The notes: generated by a model not told the origin, from the letters alone. A stretch of 64,000 nucleotides of DNA from Balamuthia mandrillaris (GCA_031835245.2 JAVKOQ020000052.1:62001-126000); one strand, 5' to 3'. Counted from the stretch's first letter, positions 12,404 through 25,553 are shown. Numbers and translations: made by a program.

Positions 12404-12578
12404 TGTAAAACACTTGCTAATCTACTTTTTTGCATCCATTTCTTCACGCGAACAACAGAGCACTGGCTCAAAGATCAATTTGCGCGAGTTCCAGTCCCAA
12501 ATGCAGAGGTACGTCATTACAAGGAAACGAGAATCACAGGAATTGTTGGACAGGCTTCGTTTTACCGAGCACAAGTGA
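10094..12578 (+). CDS. Ca2+/calmodulin-dependent kinase (CaMKI/MLCK-A-like), ~10 exons
   Basis: ELGSGAFSVV, VAIK, HRDLKPENLL, KIADFG, ACGTPAYVAPE, DMWSVGVITYILLCGFPPF and ALQHPW. The start is probably an ATG-only exon at 10094-10096 spliced to 10292. Confidence 0.9.
11905..12240 (+). repeat. Long intronic (CTCTCC)n/(CT)n pyrimidine tract
   Basis: About 330 bp consisting only of C and T, inside a CaMK intron. Confidence 0.95.
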
Positions 12579-12823
12579 GCTTTTTGTTAAATTATTGCGG
12601 TGCTTCCTGTCGCCACCGCTCTGCCTGTACTGCTTGGATCTTTTCCCAACGAGAGCTCAACGGCTCTCTCTCTCTCTCTCTCTCTCTCTCCCTGTCCTAT
12701 TTGGCTATTAAAAAATGTGGCTTGCTTGCTTTTTTCCAATCCTGCCAGTCCGTTCGTTGCTCACAACAAAAAAAAGTCTCCCTTCAGGAATTCTTTACAT
12801 CGTCACTAGCTGCATTAGAAACA

Positions 12824-15800
12824 TTAATAATCTTCCTCGTCTTCCTCATCTTCCTCTTCCGCGTCGTCATCATCTTCATCCTCTTCATCAGAATAGTCCT
12901 CTTCAGAATAGTCCTCATCAGAGTCTTCCTCTTCCTGCTCCTCGTCGTCCACTTCCTCTTCTTCGCCAGGTTTCAAAGGAGCCGGCCGTCGTGCATTTTG
13001 GCCATTTACACTTTCATCCAAACCGATATGGCTTTGTAGAGCCTCCAAAGTTAGCGCATCGATGGGAAGAAGTGATTTACGCCTTGGTCTCGTCTTTTCT
13101 CTCGTTTTGTGGCTGTCTGTTAACGCTCTTATCACGTCATCCACCCCACCTTCAGTCTCCGTGGTGACGCTACTCGTTACCGTTGTTCCGCCTGATGGAG
13201 AAGGTATAGCGAGAGCTGGCCCTGTTGTGTCTTCACTATCGGCAAGTCGTTCAACCACTGCCCACATTTGGTTTCTTTCTTCATTTTTCTTCTTGTTCCT
13301 GCAAAGTGAAGCGCAGGTGAAAGAAGAGGGCAAGATGTCAGCGGAACAGGCAAAAAAGGAAGATAGCTAATTTAACTACATACTCTATGAAGTCCTTTCT
13401 AAACTTAGCTGTACACTGAGCAAATAGCTCGTTGTCCATTTCCATAAACAGCCGCAAAGCATTCAATGACATAACCTTCACTGCTCTGCAGGTTGGGTTG
13501 TCAATCTCTCTATAACAACGAACAACGGATGCAAGAATGTAGAAACAGACCTGTGCCAATGCTTCTTTGAGTTTGTGTACAAAGGGCCATAAACGATGGG
13601 TAGAACTATATGAAGGCGATCTCTTGTGATTTCCAGGAGTACTTTCTTTTTCCTCCACATTCCCAGCGTCTTTTCAGCCACCTATGTATAGGTTGAGTTC
13701 GGTCAAAAGAACGTTATGAAACGAATAAAACGAAAGTGGGAAAATTACTTGGAAGTGCGGAGAACACATGCAAGAAGCCAAGCGTTTAAAAAGAGGTACT
13801 ATGAGTTCGTCCAGCTGGTCTTCCTCAACAATAGTTAACAAGTGAGTATGTGTTAAAGATGGTACGAGACTAGAATTCGAAAAACAAAGTAAAGCAATAA
13901 ATGTATAGGAAAGGATATTTCTTCCACTTCGCTTATAAACATCAACTCCTTTGGGCTATTGACAGCAGGCCAGTGCTTAAGTATGCTCTTGAAGATCTAC
14001 AAAGCACAATCTCATATGAGAAACGAACAAAGCAACTCGTACACAGATAATAAACCGAGATAAGACACAAGCGCAACATACCAGTGACGTGAGGGAAGGA
14101 TCTTTTTCAAGGAATTGGTAAACACAGTATGCCAGCTGAGGAAAGTAGATACCAGCCGAATGCACTTTGTGTAAGGGCAGTAATGCCCGTTTGAGGAAGC
14201 CAATATGCTCCGCTTTTAAAGGGAGAGCAAAGCCATGAATAATGCTGCCGAACGTATGGAAGAAAATAAGTAAATGAGAAAAAGAAAAGAAAAGAAAAGA
14301 AAAGAAAAGAAAAGAAAAGAAAAGAAAAGAAAAGAAAAGAAAAGAAAAGAAAAGAAAAGAAAAGAAAAGAAAAGAAAAGAAAAAGAAAAGAAAAGAAAAA
14401 AGAATGAAAGAAGAAGAAGAACAACACTAAAAAGAACAAGAATAAGAGGGCACCACAACAGCCCTCAATTGACATACGTTCCCAATATTTCCAACAACTC
14501 CGCAATACCATTGTGACGTTCTGTTTCATAAATAAATGTGTAGAAAATATGACATATTTGCTGCCTTATAAACGCTCTGTACTCCAAGAAACGGCCATAG
14601 ATGCGATGCTGTTGGTCATTAGATGCAAAGAGGAGCAAAGTTAGTTATCAGGTTTCAAACCTGCTCTGCTCCATACACGAAAAACAGAAGGAGAACCAAA
14701 AGACCAAGCCACGACACCTACCAGTGTTGTCTTTAAGTAATCCCGCTCTCGAGGATCTTCGCTATCGAATAGTGCCAGTAACTGTAATGTGCAATAGTCA
14801 GTACAACATCTTCAATGAAAGTGGTTACTAGGACAGGCATGCCTCACCTGCTGCAACCAGGAAGTGCTCAAAGCTCCTTGCGCTCTACTGGTGTCAAATG
14901 CAGGAGACTCGAGAAAGTGTAAAAAGAATTTGTACACGATCCGCAGATGAGGCCAAGCCTCTTCGAGAATGGGCTCGTCTTCCTCTGGATCGTATGCAGG
15001 CCCGCTTGGGTTAATGTGCGGTGGAAGTGGACGAAACAGGTTTACAGCAATCTATATGTTTGGGAAAGGTAATAAGTAGAGGGAAGTGAGAGAGGAAAGA
15101 GCGGAGAGCAGAAAGCATGGAAGGAGAGGCCAGACGAGAAAATAAGAACAAGAAGGAGGAACGTTGAGAGGATAGAAGGGACAAAGAAGAAACCATGTGA
15201 AAAACTTCGCTATAAATGTTGGTGGACAGCACTTGAGTGTTGTTTGAAGGGTCAGCAATGTAGTCAACCAACTCCTTCAATATCTCTCTCTTAAGTTCTT
15301 TGCTTTCGGCATCGGATAGAGGGTTCGTAAAGTCGAAGACCACGCAGCATTGCCGTATCTTTTGAACGAGCAGATCTTGCCTCTGGCCTTCGGGCACCTC
15401 TGCAGAATGGAAAGCACCGGCGTTGTGTATGAGAATACAAAAAAAAAAATGAAGTCCAGCGCGTATGCCAAAGGAAGAGTTTCTCACATAAAAACGCAAA
15501 GACAAATAAAAAATGCAGATAAAACGCACATTTAAAACAAAAAAGAAAGAAAAAAGCAAGAACAAGAAGAGACACACAAATAGCATCAAAAAAATAAATA
15601 AAATAAATAAAAATAACAAAGCGATATTACCATGAAAACCAGGAAGCCTCTCAAGCTTTGCCCTAGACTTTTCGTTGAAGCGAGAGGAGGAAGATCGGCG
15701 AGGGCCTGACTTCTTGATGGGGAGGTCTGATAGTGGAGCCCTCGTATATTTGGGCAGAGGTCCACTGAGGGGAGGCGGCACTCTCTTGCCCTTGTTGCTG

Positions 15801-15951
15801 GCCTTCTGCAAATAGTTTGTGAAGCAGCAGTCTCCATTAATAACCCCACACGCGCACATATTTACATACACATCTCTCACTCTCTCTCTCTCTCACTCAA
15901 CGTTCACTTTGATGGGAGCGCGAGGGGGACACAAACCTGAGGCGCTGACAT
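12824..15951 (-). CDS. PPP2R5: Protein phosphatase 2A regulatory subunit B' (B56), multi-exon
   Basis: [50 protein letters not shown]-terminal RRKSLLP and an acidic tail. First exon MSAPQ at 15951-15937. Confidence 0.93.
14276..14400 (+). repeat. (AAAAG)n microsatellite in a B56 intron, (CTTTT)n on the sense strand
   Basis: About 24 tandem pentamers. Confidence 0.95.
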
Positions 15952-17063
15952 GCTCAACCTCGCTCGCTCGCTACACAGACCACGCAGGTCCTTTGGTCCT
16001 TCCCTTCTCTAAGCCACTACTACCCCCTTTTTTTTTGTTGGGCTTTGTTTGTTTTTCTTTCGTTCGTTCTATCCAAGACCAAAGAAGAAGAAGAAGAAGG
16101 ACCACCACCACCACCACCACCCCCCAACAACAACAACAACAACAAGAAAAATACAAAAACAAAACGTCAAAAAAAAAACCCCCCCAACAAGAGCAAGCGG
16201 AAGAAAAGGAAGAAAGGAGGTTGGCACAAGCAAGTAGTCTGCTTTTTTTAACCAAAAAGACAGAAAGGGAGTGAACGAATGGTGCACCCAAAACTGGTCC
16301 TGCGCGAACAAGGTGTTATTATGGAAGTGGTGGCGGTTCGCGTAAAGAGCCGATTGCTCAAATGGGGAGGTTGCGGGAGGGACGTATCATGGCGACTGTT
16401 CACCTTTTTTAGCCGGGAGGATCGTCTCTCTGCGATCTGCACGCTTTATGGTTGTTTAAAACCTTGTGTTGCTGTGCTGAGCACTTTGCTTTAGATCCGC
16501 TTCGAGGAGGGTTGAAAATTTGCTACATGGTTGGGCAGTACCACCGCGCTGCTGGTGCAGCATAGGGGTTGGTTTCCCCACCAAACCCAGGCACGCGGGA
16601 GGCATTATACCGAGTTCGTTGCTTCACAATGATGAATTGCTGTGCTGTAAACACCTCAATGTCGTGGCATTATGACGTACACAGAGCATCCCCCCCGCCC
16701 ACCCCCACTCTGAGTCGCACCCAATTTCCCGCGCGAGTGTTGGAATGCCCTGCTGCAACCCTGCCCACCCTACCTGCTGCTGGTACCCAGTAAAACGGAG
16801 GGAGGGAACACACAGCCCATCCGCAACCCTCAACTTAGGGTTGGTTAGGTTTGGGTTTGCTTAGCCCTTAACCAAACTAGATGAAGTCTATTAGGGTGGG
16901 CGTAATATTTCTCGCTAAATAACCTGAGGAGTCATGTAGTGATATTTTTTTTTTTCGCTTTGGCGGCGCTGGTGGGGTGAGGTCGTCTTTCCGCAGCAAG
17001 AAAAAAAAAATAGCCACAAGCAGCGCGAGCAAAAAAAATAAAATAAAACCTGGGCGAGAAGAG

Positions 17064-17577
17064 ATGAAGTCTTTCGGACGACCAACCTTCTTTTTCGGAA
17101 AGGTGCGCGCTGATGAGGAGGACGACGTGGAGGAGGTAGAGGAGGACCAGGAGGAGAGCGTGGAGGAACAACCCGAGGAGGAAGAGGAGCAGGAGTGGGA
17201 ACTTCCGGCCGAGGTGGACACTGCGCAAAAATTGGTGGAGTACTTCACCACCAAAGTGCGAACGCCAGGCTACAACCCCCACTTCCCCAACACCAACCAG
17301 TCCAAACACTGTTGGTCTCTCTACATAAATTATCACCGCTGCGTGAAGCTCAAGGGGGAAAATGACCCCGAGTGCAAGCATTTCCAAGGCGCTGCTTCCT
17401 CCATGTGCCCTACCTCCTGGGTAAACTATCCCTCCTCTCTCCTTTCTTCCCGTTTGGTGGGTAGCGTAGTAGTACTAACTTGCTTCGCTCTCTTTCTCGC
17501 AGACGGACGCCTGGGATGAGGCTCGTGAGTCCGACAGATTTGCTACCCCGTATGCCGACTCTGGCTCGGATGAATAA
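17064..17577 (+). CDS. COX6B: Cytochrome c oxidase subunit 6B/Cox12 with an acidic N-terminal extension; exons 17064-17420 and 17503-17577
   Basis: PHFPNTNQSKHCW..Y.NYHRC...C...CP..W...W with the Cx9C/Cx10C pattern. Confidence 0.9.
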
Positions 17578-18139
17578 AAAAACGGACTACCAAAGCAGCA
17601 AGTTTGTAGTTGGCTGGGTCAGGCAGGCACTTTTGAAAATAATAAACGAAAAAATCGTTCGCTCATCCCCTCTCTCCCCTTTCATCTGCGCACATGAAAG
17701 GGGAGAGAAGGTGGCTCTGTGGACACGACCACAGTTGGTCCTCATGTGGAGCAGTTTTTGTGCAGCCTAAACGAGGGGTACTTCTTCAGCCCCCCTAGCA
17801 CGATTCGTGAACGAGTTGTCCAACAGTTTAGTACCCCCAAGGGCGTTTTTTGCAGACATTGCTTGACCAATGAAAAGCGGCCCAAAAAATCCAGTTTTCC
17901 GGTTTTGCCGTGCGATGATTGGATAGACCAACAACACCTAACCGTTAAATGGTCGTTAACGAAGTTTTGCCTAGGCTCTGGAAGCCGTTATTTTTTATTA
18001 TTCCAACGGTTCTCTCTTGTTGCTTCATCAAACAACAAACCTTGAGCACACCTCTCTCTCTTGTGCCCTTTCCTCAAGTTACCACGCCCATATCCTAACC
18101 AAATCGCCCAACAACAACGAGCCAACAAAACCAACGAAG

Positions 18140-18823
18140 ATGCCTCGCGCCCCAGCTAAAACCACAGGAAAGGCCCACCCTGGCTACGAAGAAATGATAA
18201 CGCAGGCCCTGGTGCACTACAATGACAAGACAGGCTCCAGCGTGCCCGCCATCACCAAGTACCTCCGACAGGAGTACTCCGACCTGCCTGAGAGCTTTGA
18301 GCGCAACCTCAAGCTGCAGCTGAAGCGGCTGGTAGACTCGGAGAAGCTTGTCAAGGTGAAGGCCTCCTACCGTCTGTCCCCCAAGCTGCGAGCCCAGCTG
18401 AAGAAGAAGGACAAGAAGCCCGCCGCCACCAAGAAACGTTCCAGGTCCAAGAGCCCCTCCGCCACGGACCGTGCCAAGAGCCCCTCCCGCGGACGCTCCA
18501 AGTCCCCCTCTCCCAAGACCACCAAGTCTAGGTCCAAGAGCCCTGCTGTTCGCGGACGCTCCAAGTCGCCTTCTGCCTCCAGCAAAAAGACTAAGACCAC
18601 CACCACTACGAAGAAGCCCAAGACCACAACCAAGACGGCTTCCTCTCCCAAGAAGAAGGCGGCCCCCAAGAAGACCACCACAAAGCAAAAGGCTGTGCCT
18701 CAGAAGGCCTCTACCTATTCCAGCAAACCCAAGCCCCGAACCACGCAGAACAGCAAGCACGCAGGCCAAGAGAAGGGCACACGACACCTCCCTGTCCGCA
18801 AAGCCAGGGCCGACAGCAAGTAA
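18140..18823 (+). CDS. H1: Linker histone H1, intronless
   Basis: H15 winged-helix domain HPGYEEMITQAL...GSSVPAITKYL...KLVKVKASYRL followed by a K/S/T/P-rich tail. Confidence 0.92.
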   Translation: MPRAPAKTTGKAHPGYEEMITQALVHYNDKTGSSVPAITKYLRQEYSDLPESFERNLKLQLKRLVDSEKLVKVKASYRLSPKLRAQLKKKDKKPAATKKRSRSKSPSATDRAKSPSRGRSKSPSPKTTKSRSKSPAVRGRSKSPSASSKKTKTTTTTKKPKTTTKTASSPKKKAAPKKTTTKQKAVPQKASTYSSKPKPRTTQNSKHAGQEKGTRHLPVRKARADSK

Positions 18824-19600
18824 ACCTCCAGTAGTCGTTATTGCCTTCGTCTCTGTATACCCGTTTTTGCGTGGTTGCTTGCACCAGCCAACCACCATGT
18901 TTGTTGCTGCTGCGCCACCCGTTCGCACTGACCAAGGGAGATATCTACCCCACTTTATGTTTGCTTGCTTGCTTGCTTGCCTGCCTTTTTGTTGTCAGTG
19001 GAATGAGTCTACATTTTTTTTGTTTATTTGCTTGTATAAAAAAAAATTTGTTTTCGTTCATTCTCTTTTCCTCACCAACCAGAAGAAGAACAACAACACC
19101 AAAACATTAAGTCCTTCATCACACTGTCTTCATTCTCTCGAATCTGTAAACGCTCTCCTACAAACTAACGTTAAGAAGAAGCTGCAGCTGAAGAAGAACA
19201 AGAACAAGAAGAAGAAGAAGAAAAACAATAAAAACATGAAGACGAATAGAACCAACCATGATCCAAAACTTTTCTGGCAACAGCAAGCACATCCCAGCCA
19301 TGCCATGGCTCTTGACGAGCACAGAGCTCCCACAAGAACAGCCATCAGCTTCCCCCAACCCCCAGCTGACGAAGCTGCAGCTCCGAGGGGCATTTCGCGA
19401 CGACATGAGTATATTCAACCGCTTGAGGGTTGCTTGAAATGGTTTTATTGGGGAGAAGAAAAACGGGCGGTTGGTGGGGGAGGCAAGCAACAGCTTAACA
19501 ACTACTGCACTGGTGACGGAAGCACTTGGCTCCGCGCAACAATCTTAAAAAAAATATTGCAAGGGAAGGAGAAGACAAAAATCCCAAACGAGCACGAACG

Positions 19601-20241
19601 ATGCAAGGTGAAACTACAAAGAGTGCTGAGGGCAAGACGTTCACTTCTGTCAAAGCCGTTGGCGTGGCCGCTGATCGTAACGCCCGTTACCGTAGAACGA
19701 TGGAGGTTTGGTTTTCTGTTTTTTTTTTAAAAAAAAACTGCCACATTACCATTCCTCCTACTCACTAACACTCCTTTTTTCTATTTTCATCTCTCGTGCG
19801 ATTTTCGTTCTTGTTTACAAAAAAAAAAAACAAAAAAAATTAGGACGCACACGTTGTGCTGGACGGGTTCGCTGGTGACGAGTCGCAAGGATATTTTGCT
19901 ATTTATGACGGTCACGGGGGGCGCCAAGCCGTTGAGTTTGTGGCCAAGTCATTCCACATTGTAACAACTACCACCCTCTATTCTTTTTTTACAATACTCC
20001 TTGTTAACCCAAAAACAAAATGCAAAGAACTTGGAAGAGGCACTGAAAGAGCACACAGACAATGTAGAGGAGGCTTGGAAGGCCACCTACAAGAAAACGG
20101 ACGAACAGATCAAAGAAAATAACATAATGTACGCTGGCACCACTACTGTCACCGCCCTCGTTCGGAAGAAAGGTGAAGAGAGGTGGCTTTACGTTGCTAA
20201 TGCTGGTGATGCCCGTGCTGTACTTTGGTCTGCTCTCAACG

Positions 20242-20283
<42 letters not shown>

Positions 20284-20924
20284 CATGCTTTCTTGCCTCC
20301 TCGCTATCTATTTTCACATGCCGCACTTTTTACCAACACCTTTGGGTGACAAACTATGACGTAACTATTCCGCTGATGGCAATGCTGGTGGTAACAGCCG
20401 GGCGGGAACTGGGACAGTGCTGACATACGAACACAAAGCCTCAGACGAGAGTGAGGCCAGCCGAGTGCTTGCAGCCGGCGGCTTCATCACCCAAAACAGG
20501 GTGAACGGTATTCTTGCTGTTACTCGCTCTTTGGGTGATTGCGCCATGAAAGCCTATGTACTCGGAGACCCTTACACCTCGGAACTCAAACTGGAACCGA
20601 CAGACACTCACCTCATTCTTGCTTGTGATGGCGTACGCCCACCCCAACCCCCAACCCCCCCAACCCCCAACCCCCACTAACCCCCAACCCCAACCCCAAC
20701 CCCAATTCGTTCTCTCCTCTTCTCCTTTTCTCTCCTCTCTTACTGATGTTTTTTTTTTTTTTTTTGGTAATGAATCCCAGCTGTGGGATGTATGTAATGA
20801 ACAGGAAGCTGTAGAGTTGGTGAAGGAGGAGGAAACGCCCGATGCTGCCGCAAAGAAACTTTTAATCCACGCTCTCAAAAACGGAAGCACCGACAACATC
20901 AGCGTCATGGTCATAGTTTTGTAG
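19601..20924 (+). CDS. PP2C-family protein phosphatase (PTC1-like), ~5 exons; start may lie further upstream
   Basis: RRTME|DAH, FAIYDGHGG, VANAGDARAVL, RVNGILAVTRSLGD, LILACDG|LWDV and GSTDNISV. Confidence 0.92.
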
Positions 20925-21014
20925 TTAATCTATCACATAAAAAAAACCCCTTAACTTGTTTATCTTTTGTTCTTCTAAAGCCTTGGTCCATATTAAAAAA
21001 AATGAGCATCATCA

Positions 21015-22046
21015 TCACAAGATAACCCGCCGAAAGGTGAGGGAGACCCTGCGCTTCCGTTCGAAGGAGAGGCCATTGGGCAGCTTGTCCTTTCGTCGAG
21101 CGGGGATGGAATGAGTCCATTCATACCGGCTTGGTCCTGTCAGTAGTACCAGGGAACGTTGGTCCAAGGCCATAGGTCGTTTCTGTCCAGCACTGTTCTT
21201 GAACTCCATGACGCAGGAAGAGCCCAAGCTTACAGATACGATCCCATCATGGAATAGCTCCGGTTTGTCAATGTGCGGGTTTATTCCTTGCCCTGGCAGG
21301 TACTGTCGAGACGAAGAGAGATATGCTTATTAGTTAGGCCTCAAAAGAGTAGTAGCGGAATCGCCCTACCTCATTTACAATGACTTGATCAGGTGCTTGG
21401 GAAAGTATGCCTCGCGAAAGCAGTCGTTCCACTATGTCTTTACAAAAAGAAGGCAAAGGTCCCAAGTGTGCCGATTTGTCCAACTTCTTCTTTCTGTTTG
21501 TTTGTAACACAACAAAAGAGAGAAAGGAGAGTCAGTCAGGAAGAAGAGCAAAGAGGCAAGCGTTGCTCACGTGTAGTCATATTTGTAACCGTAGTGCTGC
21601 ACTCTGCGCCGCAGATCAGAAAGCCAAGGCTGTTCGTCTATCTTCTGCAGGAGGAAGGCTTCCTCTTCTTTCGAAAGAAAATTTGGATAGTATTTAAGTC
21701 CCACTACGTCCTCCATGCCCATTGCCATTCCTCCACCCTCCTCTTCCTCCTCTTCCTCCTCCTCTTCCTCCCGTTTGCTCCGGTCATGGCCATTCAGTTT
21801 GGCTTTTTCCTTATTATTATGCGCTGCTGCTTGTGCCATCATCGCTACTCTACTTTTTTTCTTTTCTCTGCAGCTGAGGGCGTGCTCTTCATCGAGCACA
21901 GGATGACCGCTACCGTCCGCCAGCCCGTTGCTGTGTTGCGCTGTTACTTCCTGCTTCTCCTGTTGCCCAGTGGAAGGTGGACCGTGCGCACTCAAAGGAG
22001 GCCTCGTTCTTTTCTTGCCGCTCAATAACGCTTGCTCATGCTCCAT
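21015..22046 (-). CDS. AlkB-family 2OG-Fe(II) dioxygenase (ALKBH8-like catalytic domain), 3 exons
   Basis: YYPNFLSKEEE, RRVQHYGYKYDY, PDQVIVNE|YLPGQGINPHID (HxD), SLGS, RYEWTHSI and RRVSLTFR. Confidence 0.88.
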
Positions 22047-22412
22047 TGCCCGTGCTTTCAGCTCCTCCTCCCCTTTCTTCCAGCAGAGAGGAGCTCTACT
22101 CTTTTTTGGTTTTTTTTAAATTTTTCTGGGAATTTTGCGCCAAATGATCTTTGCGCCGCCTTACTTCGATCTGTGCCACAGGTCATGATCATTGGGGTTG
22201 AGGCGGCGTGCCCCTCATCATCATCATCGCGTTCTTCTCCACCACCAGTTGGGGGGTAAACAAGACCTTTCGATGTCCTCCTTCCGAGTGTGGCTACCAC
22301 GCGCCCGGCGTTAGCATCTCGACCCACACTCGGGTAGAGGGCATCGAAAGGTCTTGTTTACCCCCCAAGCGAAAGAAAGAAAATTTTCATTTTATTGATA
22401 AGTGGCCAAGAG

Positions 22413-24994
22413 TTATTCCTCCATGCTCCTAAACGCGGCTTGGACTTGCTCTTGGATAGCCTTGAAGCGGGAGACAAGGGCTTCTTCACCGTCAGCGGGG
22501 TCTTCGAACTTCATGCTGGTGAGCTTGTAGATGACATCACCCATGTGTTGCCTGATGGCATTGAAGGTGATCTTGCCGTCCTCGTTGGTCTTCTCGACGG
22601 CCTTCTGGGCGAGGTCGTGGAAGAGAATGATGTTACGCAGCAGCCAAATGGTCTTGTAGAACGGGCAGAAGCGATCGTAGGCGGAGAAGCCATTCTGTTG
22701 CAAGAAGTCGTCACGGATGATTTTGGCGACCTCAAGGGTGATCTTATCGGACTCGGCGAGGGAGTCCTTGCCGACCAGCTGCACGATCTCTGTCAAGTTC
22801 TCTTCCTTCTGGAGGATCTCCTTGCATTTGACCCTCAGGTTGGTGAACTCCGAGTCCACCGTGTCGTAAAATGACTCCAGAGGCTTCTCGTACTTGCTGA
22901 AGCTCACCAGCCAGTTGACGGAGGGGAAGTGCTTGCGTTGAGCCAACTTCTTGTCCAATCCCCAAAAGACTTGCACGATACCCAGAGTGGCAGATGTCAC
23001 AGGATCGGAAAAGTCACCACCAGGTGGCGATACTGCTCCTACAATAGTAACACTTCCTGTTCGCTCCGGTGATCCGTAGCAGCGTGCTTTTCCTGCTCGC
23101 TCGTAGAAAGATGCCAACCTTGCTCCCAAATACGCTGGATAACCGCTCTCTGGTGAAGAGAAGGAAAAAAGAAATAAGGGAAAGGAAGAAAGGGAAGGAG
23201 TAAGGGAAACAAACCAGCAGGCATTTCAGCCAAACGTCCAGAAATCTCTCGAAGAGCCTCAGCCCAACGAGAAGTGGAGTCAGCCATCATGGATACGTTG
23301 TAACCCATGTCCCTAAAGTATTCCGACAGGGTGATACCAGTATAAATAGAAGCCTCACGGGCAGCTACTGGCATGTTGGAGGTGTTTGCTACCAATGCCG
23401 TTCGTTTCATGATAGACTCTTCTACATCCTTAATTTGTACTGTCAACTGCACGCCGAAAGTCAGTAAACGCGTGATAATACGGTCCCAAAAGATGATAGG
23501 AACGCAGAGGAGGGGAGGCTGGAAGAGAACAAAATATTGTACCTCAGGGAACTCCATCAATACTTCGGCCATCTCGTTACCGCGCTCTCCGCATCCGACG
23601 TAAATGATGACATCAGAGTTGGAGTATTTCGAAAGAGCCTGAGAAATCACAGTTTTACCACAACCAAAGGCTCCTGGAATGGCAGCAGTGCCTCCCAACA
23701 CGCAGCTAATTTTGTTGCACCTTGGTTAGTGATGGCAAAATAAGATGCGTGTGCAGAAGAGAGCTTAACGAACGGGAAAAGAGCGTCAAGGACACGCTGG
23801 CCAGTCAGAAGAGGATAATCACTTCGAAGCTTTTGGGCTACTGGGCGAGGATTTCGCACAGGCCAAGACTGAACCATTGTGAACTTCTTAACTTTATCTC
23901 CAAACTCAACTTCCAATACGGTGTCCTGTTGATGACGTAAAAGCATCATTAGCGCGAAATAGATAAAGGTAACAAAAGAGAGAAGAGGGAGAACAGACCT
24001 TCAGAGTATAGTTGTTGGCCTCCGCAATGTAGGTAATAGTACCCATTTCATTAGGGGGAAGGCAAATTCTATGAACAATAAGAGAGTTTTCGACAACGCT
24101 TCCAAAAATGTCTCCTCCAGTGATGTTGTCGCCAACCTGGTAGTGCGTGATATTGCAGAACAACATTTAAGCAAGTCACAAGGTTAAATAAATCAGGATG
24201 GCTTACCCTCAAATGTTTCTCAGGTTCAAAGAACCACTGGGCATCTTTGTCAAGCGCGGGAACGTTCACACCTTTGGGAATGTAGATGTCTTGGGCAAGA
24301 TCGGCAATGGCCCTCAAGGGACGTTGGATACCGTCAAAAATGTTGTCAAGTATGCCTGTTACATGTGCTCGTAAGTAAATATGTGATGGCAAGTGTTGTG
24401 TCTCATTAAAATCACTGACCTGGACCGAGTTCCACGGACAAAGGCTTTCCTGTCCTGAGTACAGGGTCTCCAACAGTCAAACCGGCTGTATAAAGGAAGA
24501 ACGAAAGAAAAAGGCAAGTCAATACGAGTTCAAGGCAACAGAAGGAAGGAGAGAAAGCACGCACATGTGTCTTCGTAGACTTGGATGGTGGCATTTCCGC
24601 CGTCCAATTTAATGATTTCACCTACAAGTTGGTCGTGGCCGACACGCACCTATTGGCGCACAGGAATTCGTGGGTTGAACGTTCGGTCGATGAGAGAACC
24701 ACCTTAACGGCCGAACAGGAAAACAACAAAGACGTACCAACTCGTACATGGCAGCACCAAGCATGCTCTCAGCCACCACCACTGTAGAGAGGAAGGGTCA
24801 GAAATTCGTGCTTGATTTATTCTTCCTAAAGATCCCAAAGAGAGTGATAAAATACCAGGTCCGGAGACGGCATAGATGATGCCATAGTTGCTCTCCTTGT
24901 CCTCGTCAAGGGTGTTGATTTGGAACTGTGCGGAAGAGGGTCAGTAAGCGAACGTTTGATCACAACGAGCAATGCCACAACCAACCTTACTCAT
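22413..24994 (-). CDS. ATP6V1A: V-type H+-ATPase catalytic subunit A, many short exons
   Basis: [65 protein letters not shown] and [12 protein letters not shown]. Confidence 0.97.
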
Positions 24995-25553
24995 CGTTGT
25001 AGAGGGCTATACTTGAAGTGCGCATCAGAAATGCGTAGGCCCCAGGGGTTTGCAAAAAAAAAAAAAAAGGGAGCGACAACAGCACAGCGCATTAGCGAGC
25101 ACAGTCACATGTTTCAGCGTGGGGGAGACGAACCTACCTCTTGTTAACACAGTGGAACGCCTTCTCGGTCTAAAAAGCAAGCGATGCTGCTGCCTTCCTT
25201 TCCTTTCCTTATGAAAAAGAAAGGTAGTGTATGCCTTGCTGCCGCTAGCTCTTCCTCCTGTTTTTTGGTCGGGCGAAAAGTTAGGTGCGGTGCTCCTCCC
25301 CTCTAGGGAAAAAGAGAGAGAATTTGTTTGAGGGTCGCTGGGATTACTCCGCGTACGAATATTCCTTCATCCTGCTCACCTCGCCCTGGAATTGTGCACC
25401 TCTTGTGATCTGTTTGTGATCGATGATCCACTGCAAGAAAAACAAAAGAGAGAGAGAGCAAAAACCAGCCGCAGCAAAAAAAAAAGAAGGCCCTGCCCTT
25501 GAGCGGAAGAAGCAACTGTGGTGTGTGTGTTTTGGCAGGGAAACGTGCCCCTG

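Noticed and set aside
16629..16713. Possible C/D snoRNA (ATGATGA...CTGA)
   Set aside because: No terminal stem or recognisable rRNA guide; such boxes arise by chance.
18095..19730. 277-aa antisense and 419-aa alternative-frame ORFs over H1
   Set aside because: Low-complexity shadow frames running through UTR and simple repeats.
23580..23610. VMA1-type intein in V-ATPase A
   Set aside because: The insertion site [11 protein letters not shown] is uninterrupted.
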